From Craspedostauros australis (Eukaryota), in assembly GCA_030167865.1 (NCBI GenBank), contig JALAGF010003503.1:1-36411 (forward strand): DNA of 36,411 bases, in the 5' to 3' direction. The notes below the pieces were generated by a model, which had not been told where the DNA came from, made no database searches, and worked only from the letters and a program-made list of their open reading frames with translations. This document shows, in pieces, positions 30,945 through 36,411 of the stretch. Positions within the stretch are counted from its first letter, which is position 1. Every line of letters begins with the position of its first letter. Both the position numbers and the translations under genes were made by a program.

Positions 30945-32339
30945 TCACTCCAACTCCGTGCCGTCGAAGATGCAATCAAGTTCCTTGCCTGCATACTCGT
31001 AGTCATTCTTGTCTTGTTCCGTGAACATGTACGTGACCAACGTCAGTTGGTACTTGATGCCCTTCACGGCGGCGTTGCCATGGGCCATCTCTTCACCGTG
31101 GATCGTGGCGTATCCCGCCTTGCGCTCGGCCACATAGGGTCCGTCGGATCTGAGGAAGGTCATGTCCCCGCCTTCGTAATCATCGTTGAGCAGGATCACC
31201 AGGCTGACTGCCTCGGAATCGGTGTGGTACGGGCTCACCATGTCGCCATCATGATCGAATCGCTGGATGAACGCCCTGGGGACGGCCAGGTCGATGTCTC
31301 CCGTGAACGTTGATAGAAGCGTCAGCAGCCTCATCACCTCGTCTGCCCCGTACATGTCAATGAGATCCTGGCCGCTCAGATAGTACTTGTGCTGCTTCCT
31401 GGAGCTGTCCGTGACGAATTCTTGGTTGGCGAAGTCTTCCTCGATCAAGTCGATCGCCATCTGCCGCTGCTCCTCGGACAGAACATCCTTGGCTTCGATC
31501 AACGGCGCCTCCAGATCGACGTCTTCCAGATAGCGCACGATCTCTTGCATCTCCCATTCGGTCGGCCTCTGCATGAAGGCGTCCAGGTCTTGCACGAACT
31601 CGAACTTGGCGAGCACATCGCAGACCTCGCAGTTGCCGCAGATAGAGTCTCTGTGCGAGATGGGTTCGACGCACTCAATGACCCCGCATGCCATGCATTC
31701 TATCGGGGATGACCCCCAGCATTTGGGCTGCTGTTTCTCGCAGAATATCTCGTTCCATGCGCCCAAGCACTCTGCGTCATACTCGTCCGCCAGAGCATCG
31801 CAGCACCCGTTCGATTGGCATTCTTGGATTCGGCAGACGAAGGGCGTGCACGCGGAGCATTCGTCCTGTGGTGGTTTCTCGCTGCACATCAAAAGGTGAT
31901 CGCTGTAGAGCTCGTTTTGCGTCAGTTCGTACTCGTCCTCCTCGTCGTCTTCGTCTTCACAGATCTCGGGACAGCTCGGATGCGAGAAGCAACCGAAGCT
32001 GTCGCATCCCTCGATTTCACAGATGGGCTGCGTCTTCCACTCCTCGAACCATTGTCTCCATTCCTTCAGCTGTTGCGGATTGAATCCTCTTTTCTCGTCG
32101 CCATGCATTGCGCTGTCTTGTTCCGTCTGGGCCTCGCGCGCTGCGTTGTTGCTGTGGTTGCTACTGCCCCGGTGGGGAGCACTCGTATCGGCGCGATCGA
32201 AGCCATCGTCAGCATTGACGGGAACGATCGTATCGACTCTGCTGATGCCGTCTGCGTCATTCGCATCCACGATGCGTGGTTTCGCGCCATGGTGGACGAC
32301 GAGCACGGTGAAGACCAGCGTGAGAGCAGAGTGTCGCAT
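30945..32339 (-). CDS. Secreted Cys-rich 2OG-Fe(II) dioxygenase, lysyl/prolyl hydroxylase (PLOD-like); paralog B
   Basis: 464-aa ORF with signal peptide MRHSALTLVFTVLVVHHGA and the same architecture as paralog A. The catalytic core is 67/81 identical to paralog A by manual alignment. Confidence 0.87.
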   Translation of the reverse strand: MRHSALTLVFTVLVVHHGAKPRIVDANDADGISRVDTIVPVNADDGFDRADTSAPHRGSSNHSNNAAREAQTEQDSAMHGDEKRGFNPQQLKEWRQWFEEWKTQPICEIEGCDSFGCFSHPSCPEICEDEDDEEDEYELTQNELYSDHLLMCSEKPPQDECSACTPFVCRIQECQSNGCCDALADEYDAECLGAWNEIFCEKQQPKCWGSSPIECMACGVIECVEPISHRDSICGNCEVCDVLAKFEFVQDLDAFMQRPTEWEMQEIVRYLEDVDLEAPLIEAKDVLSEEQRQMAIDLIEEDFANQEFVTDSSRKQHKYYLSGQDLIDMYGADEVMRLLTLLSTFTGDIDLAVPRAFIQRFDHDGDMVSPYHTDSEAVSLVILLNDDYEGGDMTFLRSDGPYVAERKAGYATIHGEEMAHGNAAVKGIKYQLTLVTYMFTEQDKNDYEYAGKELDCIFDGTELE

Positions 32340-32606
32340 GTTGGAGGTCTCAAGATGGCGCAGTACCTACAGAGTGAACCAAGATGCAGATAATGGCACC
32401 CGGCGATGCAATGCTTCGTGTGGTGTGATTTGAACAGACGTTGTGCTCAGTTTGTTGGCGCCGCAGTTTTCCCAGGTGACCAATCTCACACGATCGCAGC
32501 AGCGTCCTCCCCTTGTGTGGTGTGTTGGAGAGGCGCGCGTTGCCGGGTGTGCGCAACTCGGACAAACAGGACCAAACATGTGTTCAATCGGGGCAATGCG
32601 TTGACT

Positions 32607-32633
32607 GTGTGAGTGTGAGTGTGAGTGTGAGTG
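32607..32633. repeat. (GTGTGA)4.5 microsatellite upstream of oxygenase paralog B
   Basis: Direct reading. Confidence 0.9.
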
Positions 32634-33347
32634 GATCTTCGCTTTTCACCGGTTGGATCTGTTGTGTTTTCGCATTGCCAACGAGAACGCTTCCAACAGC
32701 GCGCACGTGCCTGCGACAGACAAAGAAGTCTTGTCGAATTCGACCATTTCCGCACAAACGGACGACAAGCACTCCGAATATATGTCACTTAGTTTGAGTC
32801 AAACGAGCCAAACGAGCCATATCGTTCGATAATGTGAATAAACGGGCTTATTGTCACGAACCAGTTTCAGACCCTGGAACGGACGACCGGTTTGTCATTT
32901 ATTCATGACCAAAACACACAAGCCCGAAAGAGGCAAAACAGGCCGCAAAATCTTGCGAAAACAAACAAGATGGTCTTCGTTGAACGCTCATCAAGGCGAT
33001 GCCGTAACAGGGAGAAGAGCAACTCCGTATTTGTGTGGTGCAATGATGTGGTGCGCAGGGTCTGAGAATTGTAGGTGGCGGCAACTTTCGATGTGCCTCG
33101 CGTGTGAAGCAAGTCCATGCAGAGCACAAAGCGATGAAAGAAGCGCCATTCCGTGACGACAGACGCAGACGCGCACAACCTGGACAGGTCAACGAATCAT
33201 CTCGTCCACGAGAGAGTAGAGACCAGTCGCTTTCAGGCAATGGCGCGAACACTCTCTGCACAGAATGGCAGCGTGACGCGAAGTGACATGGGGAGACGCT
33301 GATTGGAATGGACACTTCGGATTGCTTCGCGAACGGGCATCCATGAA

Positions 33348-34172
33348 TCAACCTTCTGTCGAGATCTCCCACCGCCGCCAACGTCCTCTCGAACACGCAC
33401 CTCTGAACGAGGAAACAAACGCGACATGCTTTCCGTCTGCGCTATACCGGCCCGGGTTGGACCTTCTGGAAAGTGCTTGGATGGCTAATTCCACTCTTGC
33501 ATCATGTGTGTATTCTCGGCGGCGTTGCGTCTGGGAGGAAGAACAGGACCTTCGGTCTCTCACGCACGATTCCAATCCTGCAGACGTACACTTTGCATGG
33601 AAAAGGAGGGAGGAACACACACGCAGCGGCGGAAACGGAGTGTGCGATGGTGTTTGTGCAAACCAGATCTCTCGGACAATGCTTCCGGCCACCTGCAACT
33701 TCATGCAACGTTTGTTTGCATCACAGCACACACAGGGGTGATATCCAACACGAGTACGATTGCACATGTACCTGTGCAAGCGTTGTAGCGCAGCCAACCA
33801 AGACAACGCCAATTTTATGGCGCAGTTGTGATCCATGAAGGCATCAGAACGAAGCCTTCTCGCGGCGGTGACACCCAAGAGAGAAGGTTTGGCGATTTCC
33901 ATTGGCATCATCAGGACTGATGCAGTCCGTTGGTGAATGGTCTGCAACCAAGAAGAGTCACACGCACGCTTCGACGCAATTTGCAAACTCTAACTTGTTC
34001 GCGTTATACTCGCCCAAGAGATTAATAGCTCGCGCTTGGCGCTCGTCTCATCAAAATTCAAGGTCATAATAATGTCCAGCAGAGACACATCATCCAACCA
34101 ATAGGCACCAAAGTCCGAAAAGAACAAGTACATCCGAGTATCGGTTCGTACGTGCAATTTCGTACGTGTCAA
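33348..34172 (-). pseudogene. Possible disrupted gene (two same-frame ORFs split by one TAG), weakly F-box-like N-terminus
   Basis: ORFs 33990-34172 and 33348-33986 share a frame. LFFSDFGAYWLDDVSLLDIIMT loosely resembles an F-box core. Confidence 0.25.
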
Positions 34173-34598
34173 GCATTACCTTCTTCGCGATGGATCAAAA
34201 AGCATTTCACTCCCCGGCACACTGGGACCTGGCCATTTTCGTACCTGTGGAGATGACTGGTGGAAGCAAAAAGCATCACCAAGGGCAGGCTTTTCGCATA
34301 GTTGTTGGGTGTATCACCGGAGCTGACGCCTCTGTGGTCATCCACGCTCTGCCAAAAACAACACAAATCTGCATCAGCAATCACTCAAGGACCACGACCA
34401 ACACTTCACCCCCGCTATCACCACTGCTTTCGCCCCCGCTATCACCATAATTTTCATACCGAGACTTACAATACACCAGTGCTGAGACCATCATCGTAAC
34501 CCACACCCCGGCGCAATCACAATCACAACTACAAAGACAACGACAACAAAGGCAACATTGTCGCAATACATGGGCAAGAGGAACCATAGTTGACAACA

Positions 34599-36411
34599 AT
34601 GGCGAAATCCAAATTGAGATGCAGATGCATCACCCCAACGCTGCTGTCCTTGCTGGCACTCCACCTGTTGTGCGCCATGGCGCAGGCAGCGGCGAGCTCC
34701 TCACATACCCAAACGCACACGCTGGGATGGGCACAGTCTCACCATCTTCCATCCATCAGCGATGCAACCCCCTTCGGCCGTGACCGCGCGCTGTTGACAA
34801 CTGAAGCAAATGTCGACATTCCGGAGACCTGCGCCGCAATCTCCAAGGTGAAGCTATCTTCATCACCATCGACGGCGACGACCAACTTCAAGACCAACTT
34901 CACGATCGCCGTTCTCGCCATCCGCGGGGTAGAGTCGGCCACGGAAGAATGGACTCCCACGTTCGTGGACTACCTCAACCACGAATTGGGCGAGACGTAC
35001 TTCGACCCTCCCATGTCCTTCGAGCTCATTCCCGTCGGATTCGACGGGTTGGTGGAGGATGCTGCGGCGGGCAAGTTCGACTTCGTCTTCGTCAACCCCT
35101 CCATCCACTCATGCATCGAAAGCGAGGTCGGTGCCAGCGTCCTCGCCACGCTCGTCAACAGGCGCAGGGTGGGATCCGTGTCGTACGATCTGGACCAATT
35201 CGGTGGGGTCATCTTCACGCTGGCGGACAACGATGAGATCAACACGCTCCAAGATCTCAAGCAGAAGAAGGCGGCCTGCGCTTCCATCACCGGTCTGGGA
35301 TCAGGCCAGATGCAGTTCCAGGAACTCCAGCGCATCGGCCTCCATCACATCCAAGACCTGCAGCAGCTCCTCTTCCTCAGATCGCAAAACAAGGTGGTCA
35401 ACTTCGTGCTGGAAGGCAAGGTCGATGTCGGCTTCGTCCGCACCGACCAGCTGCAGCGATCCAAGGACCCTGCAACGGGCGAGGCCTTGGACCTCAGCAA
35501 GATCAAGATCATCAACCAACAATCCAACGTCGTCGATATCAACGGAAGCCCTTTCCCCTTCGAGGTCTCCACGGACCTCTTCCCCGAATGGGGACTGGCG
35601 ATGGTGGAGAGCGCGGCAAACACGATCGCCCCGGAGGTCACGAGACGCATCCAAGAGGCGCTGCTGTCGATTGCCGACCATGCCGCCGTCGCTCAGCCGC
35701 TGGAAGCGTGCTACCAGCAGAATGGTTGCGACGCCATCGCAGCTGGCGGCTCGGATCCGGTCGCCGCGCTGATAGCACAGGAGCAATGCGAGGAGGCCTG
35801 CTACCGCAACCTCACCGTCTCGCAATTCGAGGACTGCACCACCACGACGACCACTGCCAGGCTGGCGCTCGCGGCGATGACCAAGGGGAGGTACGCTGGA
35901 TGGAGAACGGCTCTCAACTACATGCAGCTGCGCAACATGCAGGAGGAAACGGGCTTCATCCGCGTCAACTTTGGTGTCTCCAACAGCAGCAACTCAAACG
36001 GACCGCGCTGCATCCGAACGACGGAGCTCGCGGACGCAGTCGTCTGTCCCGACGGATACCGCAAGAAGTCAAACAAGGACATCGACACCGGCTGCGAGAA
36101 CATTGGAATTGATTGCGAAGGCTATTCCTGCCTTTGCAGGCCATGCACCAAGATCGAGATCTGCGAGAACAACACCGTGCGCATCAATGGCAACTGCATC
36201 TCCTTGAGCATCCTGCTGCCGTCAATCATCCTCCCCTTCTTCGTTCTGATCGGAGTCGGCGTCTTTCTCTGGACACGCCACCTGCAGAGCCAAACGGACT
36301 CGTTGTGGAAGATCAAGACGAACGAGTTGGCCTTCTACAATCCTCCCAGAGTGCTGGGGCGCGGGACGTTTGGATTGGTGCTGTTGGCGGAGTACAGAGG
36401 AACGAAGGTCG
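34599..36411 (+). CDS. Partial single-pass receptor: signal peptide, PhnD/phosphonate-binding-type (PBP2) sensor domain, Cys-rich stalk, TM, start of a TKL kinase domain
   Basis: Manual translation from ATG 34599 is open for 604 codons to the window end. Signal peptide LLSLLALHLLCAMAQA. Sensor motifs IAVLAIRG..SATEEWTPTFVDYL, FDFVFVNPS, FGGVIF, LQDLKQK, VLEGKVDVGFVRTD, STDLFPEW. Stalk CPDGY...CLCRPC, then TM ILLPSIILPFFVLIGVGVFLW, then WKIKTNEL...VLGRGTFGLVLLAEYRGTKV (kinase subdomains I-II). Absent from the ORF track. Confidence 0.9.
   Translation, partial: MAKSKLRCRCITPTLLSLLALHLLCAMAQAAASSSHTQTHTLGWAQSHHLPSISDATPFGRDRALLTTEANVDIPETCAAISKVKLSSSPSTATTNFKTNFTIAVLAIRGVESATEEWTPTFVDYLNHELGETYFDPPMSFELIPVGFDGLVEDAAAGKFDFVFVNPSIHSCIESEVGASVLATLVNRRRVGSVSYDLDQFGGVIFTLADNDEINTLQDLKQKKAACASITGLGSGQMQFQELQRIGLHHIQDLQQLLFLRSQNKVVNFVLEGKVDVGFVRTDQLQRSKDPATGEALDLSKIKIINQQSNVVDINGSPFPFEVSTDLFPEWGLAMVESAANTIAPEVTRRIQEALLSIADHAAVAQPLEACYQQNGCDAIAAGGSDPVAALIAQEQCEEACYRNLTVSQFEDCTTTTTTARLALAAMTKGRYAGWRTALNYMQLRNMQEETGFIRVNFGVSNSSNSNGPRCIRTTELADAVVCPDGYRKKSNKDIDTGCENIGIDCEGYSCLCRPCTKIEICENNTVRINGNCISLSILLPSIILPFFVLIGVGVFLWTRHLQSQTDSLWKIKTNELAFYNPPRVLGRGTFGLVLLAEYRGTKV

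Noticed and set aside
1-36411. Prokaryotic operon, defence island, tRNA/rRNA genes or intact transposon
   Set aside because: Introns, targeting peptides and long intergenic regions indicate eukaryotic DNA. I saw no tRNA cloverleaf or rRNA, and no RT, integrase or transposase motifs, by eye.

Overview
Eukaryotic nuclear DNA, most consistent with a diatom or other photosynthetic stramenopile. Evidence: GT-AG introns, bipartite plastid-targeting presequences with a Phe after the signal cleavage site, a stramenopile-type Myb-like regulator, diatom-type TPR-like proteins, and a PhnD-like sensor receptor kinase. About 13 well-supported protein genes, in order: partial F-box-like (1-636, -); plastid DUF2358+SOUL heme-binding-like; putative type II glycosyltransferase; bacterial-type AhpC/TSA CxxC redoxin; mitochondrial GcvR-like double-ACT protein (1 intron); Myb-like/polyQ regulator (1 intron); GT15/Kre2-like glycosyltransferase; DUF6817-like protein; two TPR-like paralogs; a tandem pair of secreted Cys-rich 2OG-Fe(II) lysyl-hydroxylase-like oxygenases; and a partial PhnD-like/TM/TKL-kinase receptor. 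The first and last genes are missing from the supplied ORF track because they run off the window. Long intergenic stretches (16.6-18.2, 20-24, 26-28.5 and 32.8-34.2 kb) hold fragments that look like decayed genes, and several promoters carry short tandem arrays. I saw no rRNA, tRNA, CRISPR array or intact transposon. All family assignments come from recognising motifs by eye, not from database searches.
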